A DNA stretch of 64,000 bases from Minisyncoccota bacterium (GTDB lineage Bacteria > Patescibacteriota > Minisyncoccia > Minisyncoccales > CG1-02-41-26). Positions 42,323 through 51,482 of the stretch are shown in pieces (the stretch's first letter is position 1; the number at the start of each line of letters is the position of its first letter). The stretch spans positions 20,750 through 84,749 of the forward strand of contig JAQULB010000002.1 of the NCBI GenBank assembly GCA_028718785.1, given 5' to 3'. The notes under the pieces were generated by a model, which worked only from the letters and a program-made list of their open reading frames with translations, was not told the origin of the DNA and searched no databases. Position numbers and translations under genes: made by a program.

Positions 42323-42637
42323 ATGGATTGTATTTTTTGCAAAATAGTTAATAAGGAACTGCCAGCGGATATTGTGTATGAAAATGAAAATGTTTTGGCG
42401 TTTAAAGATATTCACCCCAAAGCAGCTGTCCACATTTTAGTAGTTCCAAAAATTCATATTGAGTCAATAAACTCTGAAAATTCAGAAAACATTGTTGGGG
42501 ACTTGATTTTAGCGGCTAAAAATATTATAAAGAGAGATAACATCACAGGATATAAATTACTTTTTAATATTGGAAGAGAGGGCGGGCAAATGGTTGATCA
42601 TTTGCATATGCATCTTTTAGCAGGAAACCCCAGTTAA
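42323..42637 (+). CDS. HIT-family (histidine triad) nucleotide hydrolase
   Basis: CIFCKI...; HLHMHLL histidine triad. Confidence 0.85.
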   Translation: MDCIFCKIVNKELPADIVYENENVLAFKDIHPKAAVHILVVPKIHIESINSENSENIVGDLILAAKNIIKRDNITGYKLLFNIGREGGQMVDHLHMHLLAGNPS

Positions 42638-42760
42638 ACAGCTCCCTGAGGTCGTTTAACACTCGGAGCCACCCCAGTTGAATCCGCCCTTAGGCGGTGT
42701 TTCGCAGAAAGCGAAACAATTTAACGGGGTATAAGAACTTCTAAATTCATTCGTGGCTAA
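42626..42760. repeat. ccccagttaaac...gtttaacgggg hairpin element with nested ~60-nt insertion (upstream of rpsU)
   Basis: Shares accccagttaaacagctccYtgaggtcg ... ttaacggggtRtaag..ctNNtaaattc with 53248-53325. Overlaps the HIT stop codon. Confidence 0.8.
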
Positions 42761-42791
42761 ACGCCACTTCATTCATTAAAGAATTTCTAAT

Positions 42792-43043
42792 ATGCCAATT
42801 ATAGCTCAAAAACAAGGAAAAGAAACAACTCAAAGTTTGGTGAGGCGTTTTACTCAAAAGCTCAGAAAGAGCGGAACTTTGCTTGAAGTGCGAAAAAGGC
42901 AGTTTCATAAAAAATCAAAATCAAGACCATTATTAAAACGTTCGGCCTTGCGAAGATTAGAAAAAAAGCAGGAGTTTGCCAAGCAAAGAAAATTAACCGG
43001 CGCTCCAACTAAAACATTCACCAGATATAGCAAATCTAAATAA
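42792..43043 (+). CDS. rpsU: 30S ribosomal protein S21
   Basis: SLVRRFTQKLRKSGTLLEVRKRQFHKKSKSR is the bS21 pattern, with an extended basic tail. Confidence 0.8.
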   Translation: MPIIAQKQGKETTQSLVRRFTQKLRKSGTLLEVRKRQFHKKSKSRPLLKRSALRRLEKKQEFAKQRKLTGAPTKTFTRYSKSK

Positions 43044-43055
43044 TATTTAAAAAAC

Positions 43056-43095
43056 AAAACCGCCCTGATTTTAGGGCGGTTTTGTTTTGTTTTTC
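43056..43095 (+). terminator. intrinsic terminator
   Basis: aaaaccgccct-gatttt-agggcggtttt followed by gttttgttttt. Confidence 0.7.
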
Positions 43096-43180
43096 CTTAT
43101 CTAATTTTGCCAATCAAGGGAATTAGCAGAATGCATTTTCCCCAGTTTGCTAAAAAATAAAGGTTTGCTAAAATAATTAA

Positions 43181-43594
43181 ATGATTGAGATTATAAATTT
43201 GACTAAACAGAAAGTCAGAAATGATTTGGTTGTGGATATTGTCCAAAAAGTTTTGGCTGGAGAAAAAGCGAATAACTGGGACATCTCCATTGTTTTTATT
43301 GGTTGTGCTAAAATAAAAGAATTAAATAAAAAATTTAGGAAAAAAGATTCTTCAACTGATGTTTTAAGTTTTTCTGGGCTTGAAATAAAAGGAGGCCAGG
43401 AAAGAATTGGTGAGATATTTATTTGTTTAGAAAAAATACAAGAGAATGCTCAAAAAGATGGCCAAAGTTTTCAAAAGGCGCTAAACTGGGCAATTAGCCA
43501 TTCAGTTTTACACCTGCTTGGCTATGATCACGAAAAATCAGAAAAAGACGCAAAAAAAATGCGTCAAAAAGAGGAAAAATATTTAAAAAAGTAG
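43181..43594 (+). CDS. ybeY: rRNA maturation endoribonuclease YbeY
   Basis: HSVLHLLGYDH zinc-binding motif; typical size. Confidence 0.85.
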   Translation: MIEIINLTKQKVRNDLVVDIVQKVLAGEKANNWDISIVFIGCAKIKELNKKFRKKDSSTDVLSFSGLEIKGGQERIGEIFICLEKIQENAQKDGQSFQKALNWAISHSVLHLLGYDHEKSEKDAKKMRQKEEKYLKK

Positions 43595-43610
43595 TTTTTA
43601 TTTTCACAAT

Positions 43611-44822
43611 ATGAGAAATTTAATTTTAACAGCGTTAGACATTGGCTCTGGAAGCATTAAGGGAGTAGTTGGTGAAAAAAATCAGGAAACTGACGAGATA
43701 GAAATTTTAGCTGTGGCTGAAAAATCTTGCTTGGGTGTTAGAAATGGTGAAGTTGTAAACCCAGAACAGGTTTCATTGGGTATAGCGCAAATAAAAGAAG
43801 AACTTGCTAATTCGTCTGGGGTTAAAATTAGAGAGGTTTTTACTAATATTGGAGGCACGCATTTATTTTCTGTTCCGTCTCAGGGCCTTGTTTCTGTGGC
43901 CAGAGCTGACCAGCTTATTTCCAAAGACGAAATCCAAAGGGTAAAAAAAGAGGCAGAAGCTGTTAATTTACAATCAAAAAACAATGAAATTTTAGAAGTT
44001 TTTCCCAAAGAGTTTATAGTTGATGGTGAGGGGGGAATAAAAGAATCTGCGGTTTTGGGATTAAGGGGAATTCGTTTGGAGGTAAAGGTTTTGTTGGCTT
44101 GTATTTTTTCTCCGGTTATTCGTAATTTAGAAAAAGCCATTAGTCTGTCTGGATTAAATTATCTGGACTCTTTTATTACCCCAATGGCGGTTTCAAGCGC
44201 GGTTTTAAGTCAAGAACAAAAAGAACTCGGGGTGGCGGTTTTGGATATTGGGTTTTCTGTTTCATCTTTGATAGTTTTTAACAAAGGAGAAGTTGTGGAT
44301 TTTGCTGTTTTTCCCTTGGGGTCTTCGCATATAACTAACGATTTAGCTATTGGCTTGAGAACAGAAATTCAAACAGCCGAAAATATTAAGAAAGAGTTCG
44401 GCACTTTAAAAACCGCTATTAAGAAATCATCTGGGGATAAAATAAAAATAATTGATGGAGACATAGAATTTTCGAAAGCGTTTTTAAAAAGCGTGGTTGA
44501 GTCCAGAGCCAATGAGATATTTTTTGAAGCTCAAAAAGCTCTTAAAAAAATTGTTGGGCAAAATCTGCCTCCAGCGGGAATTGTTTTAGTGGGCGGAGGT
44601 TCTTTATTGCCAGGAATTGTGGAATTTGCCAAGCAAAAAACAAAATTGCCCTGTAGAATTGGAGAAATAAGAGGGGTAAAGGGAGTAGAAAATTCTTGTT
44701 TTGCCACATGTTGTGGAATTTTAATGTTAGGGTTTGACGATATGGAAAATGATGAAGGAAAACATTCTTCTTATGGAATTGGCAGAAAAGCAAAGAGAGT
44801 TTTCAAGGCCTTTTTACCCTGA
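43611..44822 (+). CDS. ftsA: cell division protein FtsA
   Basis: Actin-fold phosphate motifs ALDIGSGSIKG and VLVGGGSLLPGI; adjacent to ftsZ. Confidence 0.85.
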   Translation: MRNLILTALDIGSGSIKGVVGEKNQETDEIEILAVAEKSCLGVRNGEVVNPEQVSLGIAQIKEELANSSGVKIREVFTNIGGTHLFSVPSQGLVSVARADQLISKDEIQRVKKEAEAVNLQSKNNEILEVFPKEFIVDGEGGIKESAVLGLRGIRLEVKVLLACIFSPVIRNLEKAISLSGLNYLDSFITPMAVSSAVLSQEQKELGVAVLDIGFSVSSLIVFNKGEVVDFAVFPLGSSHITNDLAIGLRTEIQTAENIKKEFGTLKTAIKKSSGDKIKIIDGDIEFSKAFLKSVVESRANEIFFEAQKALKKIVGQNLPPAGIVLVGGGSLLPGIVEFAKQKTKLPCRIGEIRGVKGVENSCFATCCGILMLGFDDMENDEGKHSSYGIGRKAKRVFKAFLP

Positions 44823-44827
44823 AGATT

Positions 44828-45760
44828 ATGAATAATATACCTAAAATTAAGGTGGTGGGAATTGGCGGTTCTGGAGTGAACGCTGTTTCTCGTATGCATA
44901 AAGAAAAAATTGTTGGGGTTGAATTGATTGCTGTGAACACCGATGACCAGTCGCTTAAAATTTGCCCTGTGGCTAAAAAAATTTTAATTGGCAAAAAAAC
45001 TACTGGGGGATTTGGATCTGGAATGGATGTATCAGCAGGTGAAAAAGCCGCTAGAGAAAGTTATAGCGAGTTAAAACAGGCCATTGAAGGAGCGGAGCTT
45101 GTTTTTTTAACTTGCGGGTTGGGCGGGGGTACTGGAAGCGGCGCTATTTCAGTTATTGGGGAAATTGTCAAACAAGTTGGAGCATTAGCAATTGCTGTTG
45201 TTACTTTTCCATTTGCTTTTGAGGGAACGCAAAGGAAAAATATCGCTAATTGGGGGTTAAAAAGATTAGAAAATAAAGTTGATAGTTTTTTGGTAATTCA
45301 AAACGACCGGCTTTTAAAAATGGTGGGGCCATCATCAACTGTTGAAAACGCTTTTTGGGTTTGCGATAGCATTTTAAGAGAAGCTGTTAAGGGAATATCG
45401 GATTTAGTTTCTCTGCCAGGCATTATCAATGTTGATTTTGCTGACTTAAGAAGCATACTTGTGGGTTCTGGGAGAGCGTTTTTAGGCATTGGTAGGGCCA
45501 AGGGCGAAAAAAGAGCGCTATCAGCGGCCAGCTCTGCTTTGCAGTCGCCTTTGTTGGATTTTTCTTTAAAAAATGCTCAAGGGATATTGTTAAATATTGC
45601 GGGGGGAGATGACTTGTCAATTACTGAGGTTAATTTAGCGGCCACTTTTATAAAAAAGAACGCTTTGCCCCAAGCAAAAATTATTTTTGGCGTTTCAGAG
45701 GATACGCATATAGAAAGCGGAGAGCTTAAAATTACATTAATTGCCACATCAAAAGGATAG
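44828..45760 (+). CDS. ftsZ: cell division protein FtsZ (core only, no C-terminal linker or tail)
   Basis: GIGGSGVNAV, NTDDQSL, GLGGGTGSGA tubulin signature. Ends 3 aa after ...ITLIATS. Confidence 0.9.
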   Translation: MNNIPKIKVVGIGGSGVNAVSRMHKEKIVGVELIAVNTDDQSLKICPVAKKILIGKKTTGGFGSGMDVSAGEKAARESYSELKQAIEGAELVFLTCGLGGGTGSGAISVIGEIVKQVGALAIAVVTFPFAFEGTQRKNIANWGLKRLENKVDSFLVIQNDRLLKMVGPSSTVENAFWVCDSILREAVKGISDLVSLPGIINVDFADLRSILVGSGRAFLGIGRAKGEKRALSAASSALQSPLLDFSLKNAQGILLNIAGGDDLSITEVNLAATFIKKNALPQAKIIFGVSEDTHIESGELKITLIATSKG

Positions 45761-45800
45761 TTTTTTTAGAGCCTGCCGTTCGGCTGAGCTCACGATGAAG

Positions 45801-45829
45801 CCCTGAGCGAGCGAAGCGAGTTGAAGGGT
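45801..45829. repeat. intergenic copy of the ccctgagcgagcgaagcgagtYgaagggt element
   Basis: 28/29 identical to the in-frame prmC copy at 20161-20189. Confidence 0.85.
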
Positions 45830-45867
45830 TATCCACAGGTTGCCTATTTTTTTTGAAGGCATATAAT
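45827..45867 (+). promoter_or_regulatory. DnaA-box + promoter module: gTTATCCACAgg TTGCCT-16-TATAAT
   Basis: Perfect DnaA-box 9-mer at 45829-45837, 2 nt before the -35 hexamer. The 16-mer gttatccacaggttgc recurs at 58511. Confidence 0.55.
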
Positions 45868-45882
45868 TAAGTAATCCAAAAG

Positions 45883-45945
45883 ACCTGTTAGAGGTTTTCT
45901 AAAAATTATTTGTTAAATTTAAGAAACTTCTAACAGGTTTTTTGC
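45883..45945 (+). terminator. terminator-like hairpin in the nrdD leader / end of the ftsAZ unit
   Basis: acctgttagaggttttct...agaaacttctaacaggt (about 17 bp) followed by tttttt. Lies between the predicted promoter and the nrdD ATG. Confidence 0.55.
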
Positions 45946-45985
45946 CCCTAAAAAAGCCGAAAAAGTTCAAAAAGAATTAAAAAAT

Positions 45986-48900
45986 ATGACCCAACTTGCC
46001 AAACCAATTGAAAAAATTCGCAAAAGAGATGGAAATTTAGCTGATTTTGAGCAAGATAAAATTACCAAAGCAATTGCTAAAGCATTGTCAGCCAGTGGGC
46101 AGGAAAGTCAAGAAACAGCAGAAAAGGTTTCCAACAAAGTTGTGGATTTTTTGCAAAGAAGGTTCAAAGAAGATCAAATTCCTGAAGTTGAGCAAATCCA
46201 AGATATTATTGAAGAGGTTTTAATGTTAGAGGAATTGGTTGAAGCGGCCAAGGCCTTTATTCTTTACAGAGAACAAAGAAGAGTATTGAGAGAAACAGAA
46301 GTTATTTCAGATGAAGCAGTGGAAATTTTTGAAAAATATATCGGTGAAATGGATTGGCAGGTAAAAGAAAATGCCAACATGGCTTATTCTTTGCAGGGGC
46401 TAAATCATTACGCAGTTTCTGTTTTAACAAAAAGATATTGGCTTAATAAAGTTTATCCAAAATATATAAGAGAGGCCTATAATTCTGGGGATATGCACAT
46501 TCATGATTTGGATTGTTTGGCAACATATTGCAATGGCTGGGATTTATATGATTTATTGATAAGAGGGTTTGGGGGAGTGGCTGGGAAAGTGGAAACATCT
46601 CCAGCCAAACATTTTAGAGTGGCATTGGGGCAGGTGGTGAATTTTTTCTATACAATGCAAGGTGAATGTTTTTCAAAAGATACACAAGTGTTAACGGATT
46701 CTGGGTGGAAATATTTTTTTGATGTGGCAAAAAGTGATAAGATTTTTACGCTAAATAATCAAACCAACGAAATTGAATTGCAAGAACCCTTAAAATTTTT
46801 TGAATTTGATTATAATGGCGAACTTTATAATTTTAAAACAAAAAAATTAGACCTAATGGTTACTCCCAACCACAATATGGTAGTTGACCAATATTGTCCA
46901 GGATGTTCGTTTAAGCAATTATCTCAATTTCAAGAGCAAGAAAAAGAAGTTGGAGCAGAAAATAGTTCAATTGGGGTTTTAAATCAAGTGAAAAAACAAG
47001 TTTTTGCTATTGAACCCCTTTATTATCGTAAATTTATTAAAGCAAAGGATTTTAATCCAAATCAGCATTTTGTTCCCAAGCAATCAGTTTGGATGGGGGA
47101 AGAAAAAGAATTTTTTGAGTTGCCAAGCATTGAAATTAAACAATATCGAAATTTTGGCAAAATATACGAAACAATTAAAATAGCTCCTAAAAAGATTTTA
47201 ATAAACGATTGGGTAGCCTTTTTTGGTTTTTTCTTGGCCGAAGGCAATATCTATAAAAGAATAAGAAAAAGAGAAGAAGGAAAATCATATCACGAATATT
47301 GTGTGCGGGTTTCTCAAAATCAAGGTCTGGTTAGTCAGGATTTTGAAGCAATTTTGCAAAAACTACCCTTTAATTACCGAAAAAAAATAACAGACAATAA
47401 AATTACTTTTGAAATTACTGACAAGCAACTTTTTTCTTATTTAGAGCAATTTGGCAAAGCAGGCAATAAATTTATTCCAAGCGATATTAAGAAGCTGCCA
47501 AAGGAACAATTGAAAGTTTTGTTTGATTGGATGATGAAAGGGGATGGTCATATTAGTAATGGCTTGGTGGAGTATTCTACTAAAAGTCAAAAATTAGCTG
47601 ATGATTTTCAGGAAATAGTTTTGAAATTGGGCTGGAGCGCCAACATATATAAAAGAACAAAGGGAGAGTTTGCTTGGTTTGATGTGGGCGTTTCAATGGC
47701 AAAGCATTTTAGATTTCAGCCAGAGAGTGTGCAAAAAGTTTTTTATCAGGACAAAGTTTATTGTTTAGAGGTGCCAAACCATACTTTGTATGTTAGAAGG
47801 AACGGAAAGGCCTGTTGGAGCGGTAATTCAGCTGGGGCGCAGGCCTTATCAAGCATTGATACTTTGTTAGCGCCCTTTATTAGGTATGATAGTTTAGATT
47901 ATGCTCAGGTAAAACAAGCAATGCAGGAGTTTTTATTTAACTGCGCTGTGCCCACAAGGGTTGGGTTCCAAACTCCTTTCAGTAATGTTACTTTAGATGT
48001 TCATCCATCTCTTTCTTTTGCCAAACAGCCAATTATTATTGGAGGCAAGCCCCAAAAAGAAACCTACGCTGAATTTCAAGAAGAGATGAATATGTTTAAC
48101 AACGCCTTTTTTGAAGTAATGATGCAGGGCGATAAAAACGGACGGCCGTTTACTTTTCCCATTCCCACAATAAATATAACCAAAGATTTTCCCTGGGACG
48201 ATTCAAAATTGGATTTAATGTGGCAAGCAACCGCTAAATACGGCATTTGTTATTTTACAAATTTTATTCAATCAGAGATGAAACCAGAGGATGTTAGAAG
48301 TATGTGCTGTCGGCTTCGGCTTGACAATAAAGAGCTTTACAAAAGAGGCGGGGGCTATTTTGGCGCAAACCCTCTAACCGGCAGTTGTGGCGTGGTTACA
48401 ATCAACCTTCCTCGGCTTGGTTATTCAACTAAAACTAAAAAAGAATTTTTTGAAAAATTAGCCAATATAATGGATGTGGCGCGAGATTCTTTGGAAATAA
48501 AAAGAAAAGCCCTTGAGGATTTGATAAAAAAAGGGCTTTACCCATATTCAAAAGTTTATTTATCGGGCATTGAAAAAATGCGAGGTAAATATTTTGGCAA
48601 TCATTTTTCAACCATTGGTTTACTGGGACTTAACGAATGTTTGCTCAATTTTATGGGTGAGGATATTGGCTCAAAAAACGGGCAGGCCTTGGCTTTGGAG
48701 GTGCTGGACTTTATGAGAAATAGAATTATTGGTTATCAAAAAGAAACCGACAACTTATATAATTTAGAGGCCACGCCCGCTGAAGGAACAAGCCACAAGT
48801 TAGCTTTAAAAGATCAAGAAAAATGTCCGGGCATTATACAAGCAGGCACAAAAGAGGCTCCATATTATACCAATAGCTCTCAACTGCCAGTTAATTACAC

Positions 48901-49309
48901 TGATGATATTTTTCACACATTAGAGCTTCAAGACGAACTGCAATGTAAATATACGGGAGGGACTGTTCAGCATTTGTTTTTGGGCGAGCAAATAACTGAT
49001 ATTTCCAATATGAAGGCCTTGATAAAAAAAGTGTTTGAGACATTTCATCTGCCTTATATTACTTTAACCCCAACATTTTCTATTTGTCCATCGCACGGAT
49101 ATATATCCGGAGAACACTGGACTTGCCCAAAGTGCACCATTGAACAGCCCTGCGAGGTTTATTCAAGAATAGTTGGGTATATTAGACCAGTAATGCAATG
49201 GCATAAAGGAAAAGCCCAAGAGTTTAAAGAGCGAAAAACTTTTCAAGTGCCTCAAGTTGTAGAAAAAATTTATGAAAATAGGGGGGTTACAGAAGTTAAC
49301 ATTGATTGA
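45986..49309 (+). CDS. nrdD: anaerobic ribonucleoside-triphosphate reductase NrdD, interrupted by an intein
   Basis: ATP-cone IRKRDGNLADFEQDKI; C-terminal Zn site CPSHGY...CPKC; glycyl-radical motif SRIVGYIRP. The extein is about 720 aa once the 387-aa intein is removed. Confidence 0.9.
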   Translation: MTQLAKPIEKIRKRDGNLADFEQDKITKAIAKALSASGQESQETAEKVSNKVVDFLQRRFKEDQIPEVEQIQDIIEEVLMLEELVEAAKAFILYREQRRVLRETEVISDEAVEIFEKYIGEMDWQVKENANMAYSLQGLNHYAVSVLTKRYWLNKVYPKYIREAYNSGDMHIHDLDCLATYCNGWDLYDLLIRGFGGVAGKVETSPAKHFRVALGQVVNFFYTMQGECFSKDTQVLTDSGWKYFFDVAKSDKIFTLNNQTNEIELQEPLKFFEFDYNGELYNFKTKKLDLMVTPNHNMVVDQYCPGCSFKQLSQFQEQEKEVGAENSSIGVLNQVKKQVFAIEPLYYRKFIKAKDFNPNQHFVPKQSVWMGEEKEFFELPSIEIKQYRNFGKIYETIKIAPKKILINDWVAFFGFFLAEGNIYKRIRKREEGKSYHEYCVRVSQNQGLVSQDFEAILQKLPFNYRKKITDNKITFEITDKQLFSYLEQFGKAGNKFIPSDIKKLPKEQLKVLFDWMMKGDGHISNGLVEYSTKSQKLADDFQEIVLKLGWSANIYKRTKGEFAWFDVGVSMAKHFRFQPESVQKVFYQDKVYCLEVPNHTLYVRRNGKACWSGNSAGAQALSSIDTLLAPFIRYDSLDYAQVKQAMQEFLFNCAVPTRVGFQTPFSNVTLDVHPSLSFAKQPIIIGGKPQKETYAEFQEEMNMFNNAFFEVMMQGDKNGRPFTFPIPTINITKDFPWDDSKLDLMWQATAKYGICYFTNFIQSEMKPEDVRSMCCRLRLDNKELYKRGGGYFGANPLTGSCGVVTINLPRLGYSTKTKKEFFEKLANIMDVARDSLEIKRKALEDLIKKGLYPYSKVYLSGIEKMRGKYFGNHFSTIGLLGLNECLLNFMGEDIGSKNGQALALEVLDFMRNRIIGYQKETDNLYNLEATPAEGTSHKLALKDQEKCPGIIQAGTKEAPYYTNSSQLPVNYTDDIFHTLELQDELQCKYTGGTVQHLFLGEQITDISNMKALIKKVFETFHLPYITLTPTFSICPSHGYISGEHWTCPKCTIEQPCEVYSRIVGYIRPVMQWHKGKAQEFKERKTFQVPQVVEKIYENRGVTEVNID
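46667..47827 (+). mobile_element. intein with LAGLIDADG homing endonuclease domain in NrdD
   Basis: Starts at Cys (MQGE|CFSKDTQVLT), block B TPNHNMVV, LAGLIDADG motifs VAFFGFFLAEGN and LFDWMMKGDGHI, ends ...LYVRRNGKACWSGN|S. 1161 nt = 387 aa. Confidence 0.85.
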
Positions 49310-49982
49310 TTATCCCAATATTTTAGCTTGCACAGTTTTTTTAAGCGGATGTAATTTTCGCTGTCCTTGGTGTTATTCATCAGAATTGGTTTTGCCAAAA
49401 CTTATATCACATCAGCCAGAAATTAAAGAAAATGAATTTTTTGATTTTTTAAAAACAAAAAAAGGGCTTATAGATGGCGTGGTTGTTTGCGGAGGCGAGC
49501 CAACTATCCATCAAGAGCTGCCGCTTTTTTGTTCAAAAATAAAAAATGCCGGGTATAAAATAAAATTAGACACAAATGGTTCATCGCCCGAGATGTTAGA
49601 AAAGCTTTTTAAATTAAAGCTAGTGGATTATGTGGCCATGGACATAAAAGCTCCAAAAGAAAAATACACCCAGGCGGTTGGTTTTGAGGGAACAACAGGA
49701 AATTATTTAGTGGATAAAATTGAACAATCAATCAATATTTTAAAAAATAGCAACATTGACCACGAGTTTAGAACCACAGTGGTGCCAGGAGTGCACACTA
49801 AAGAGGATATTGTTAAAATAGCCCACTGGATAAGGCCAGCCAAAAAATATTTCTTACAAAAATTTAGACCTGAAAAAACTTTAGACCCAGCATTTGAAGA
49901 AAAACAAACCTTTGATGAGGAAGAGATGTATCAAATAAAAGAGTGTGTTGCCCCGTTATTTGACGCAATTTATCTTAGATAA
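49272..49982 (+). CDS. nrdG: anaerobic RNR activating protein (radical SAM)
   Basis: CNFRCPWCY (CxxxCxxC), GGEPT; overlaps the nrdD 3' end. Confidence 0.85.
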   Translation: MKIGGLQKLTLIDYPNILACTVFLSGCNFRCPWCYSSELVLPKLISHQPEIKENEFFDFLKTKKGLIDGVVVCGGEPTIHQELPLFCSKIKNAGYKIKLDTNGSSPEMLEKLFKLKLVDYVAMDIKAPKEKYTQAVGFEGTTGNYLVDKIEQSINILKNSNIDHEFRTTVVPGVHTKEDIVKIAHWIRPAKKYFLQKFRPEKTLDPAFEEKQTFDEEEMYQIKECVAPLFDAIYLR

Positions 49983-49984
49983 AA

Positions 49985-50941
49985 ATGCCTCAGTCCAAAA
50001 TCTTTTTTATTTCCTGCCTTTGTTTTATTGGCAGTATTTTTATTTGTTCGTTTATTTTTTTAAACTCACCCCCAAAGAAGTTAAACTCCTTCCAAAGCTC
50101 TGCAAGGAGTTTAACTCCTTGCAGTTCTGTTAAAGAAAAATTTAGGGAAGTTATTAACACTAATTTGCCAAATCCCCAATCAGCTATTTTGGCTGGCATA
50201 TTGCTTGGAGATAAAGCCAGTTTTAGTGGCGAGTGGAAGCAAAAACTATCAAACACTGGCACAAGCCACATAGTGGCGGTTTCGGGAATGAATATTGTTA
50301 TGCTGTCTCAAATTTTAGTTGTTTTGGGGGTGGCTTTGGGGCTTTATCGAAGGCAGGCCTTGTTTTTTTCTTTAATTTTAATTTGGCTTTTTATTGCTTT
50401 AATTGGTTTTCAGGTGTCAGCTGTGAGAGCTGGAATCATGGGTTCAATTTTAATTGTTTGCTCTCTTTTGGGCCGGCAAAATGCCAGTTTTCGGGCTTTG
50501 GTTTTAGCAGTGGCTGTAATGTTGGCAATAGATCCAACATTGTTAAGGTATAGTTTAAGCTTTCAGCTTTCGGTTTTAGCCACTCTGGGGCTTATTCAAT
50601 TAAGCGGGGTTATAAAAAGTAAGCTTTCTAAGTTGAAAATCTTTAGAAGCAATAAAGAACTTACAGAAATAATTTCAGCCACCATATCTGCTCAGATATT
50701 CACCTTACCGCTTTTAATTTACACTTTTAACGCTGTTTCTTTGGTTGGTTTGCTTGTTAATATCTTAATTGTGCCGTTATTATCCGTGGTGATGGTTTTG
50801 GGAATTATATTTTTAATCGGCGCTTTAGTTTACAACCCCTTGGGAATTATATTGGGTTGGCTGGTTGGAATTTTACTTTCTTTCATTGTCTGGGTAATTG
50901 ATATATTTTCTAAAATTCCATTTGCCATTTTAAGGTTTTGA
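49985..50941 (+). CDS. comEC: ComEC/Rec2-family competence membrane protein (competence domain only)
   Basis: TGTSHIVAVSGMNIVML signature; polytopic. Confidence 0.7.
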   Translation: MPQSKIFFISCLCFIGSIFICSFIFLNSPPKKLNSFQSSARSLTPCSSVKEKFREVINTNLPNPQSAILAGILLGDKASFSGEWKQKLSNTGTSHIVAVSGMNIVMLSQILVVLGVALGLYRRQALFFSLILIWLFIALIGFQVSAVRAGIMGSILIVCSLLGRQNASFRALVLAVAVMLAIDPTLLRYSLSFQLSVLATLGLIQLSGVIKSKLSKLKIFRSNKELTEIISATISAQIFTLPLLIYTFNAVSLVGLLVNILIVPLLSVVMVLGIIFLIGALVYNPLGIILGWLVGILLSFIVWVIDIFSKIPFAILRF

Positions 50942-51035
50942 TAGTGGCAAAAAACGATTTTTTGTGGTATATTAAAAAGCATAAACTCTCAAAAAGAGCT
51001 TTGAGCTTAAAGGTGAAAATAAAAATTTAAAAAAT

Positions 51036-51407
51036 ATGCATATAAAAAGTATTATTAACGCTCGCAAACAGGTCAATAGCTTTAAAAATTCTTTTCATGG
51101 TTTAAAAGTGGCTTTTTTTGAAGAACAAAGCTTTAAAATTCAAGCTATACTGGCTTTAGTGGTTTTTCTTTTAATGTTTTCTTTGCCCTTGCATTCCATT
51201 GAAAGAGCTATTTTGGTTTTAGCGGTTATGTTTGTTTTGGGCTTGGAGCTTTTAAATTCTCAAATTGAAAGAGCACTGGATACCGCGCAGTTTGATCATA
51301 ATCCTAAAATAAAAGATATAAAGGACTTGTCAGCGGGCGCTGTTTTGTTGGCTTCTATTGGCGCTTTAATTATTGGTCTTTTTATATTTATTCCATATCT
51401 TACCTAA
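51036..51407 (+). CDS. dgkA: diacylglycerol/undecaprenol kinase (DgkA family)
   Basis: Three TM helices, ELLNSQIERALD and KDLSAGAVLLASI motifs. Confidence 0.7.
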   Translation: MHIKSIINARKQVNSFKNSFHGLKVAFFEEQSFKIQAILALVVFLLMFSLPLHSIERAILVLAVMFVLGLELLNSQIERALDTAQFDHNPKIKDIKDLSAGAVLLASIGALIIGLFIFIPYLT

Positions 51408-51482
51408 AGTGAAACTTTTTTTCGCTTTTTTCGTAATAGTATATATGGGGAAATACCCAATTAAATAAACGATTTCTAAGAT

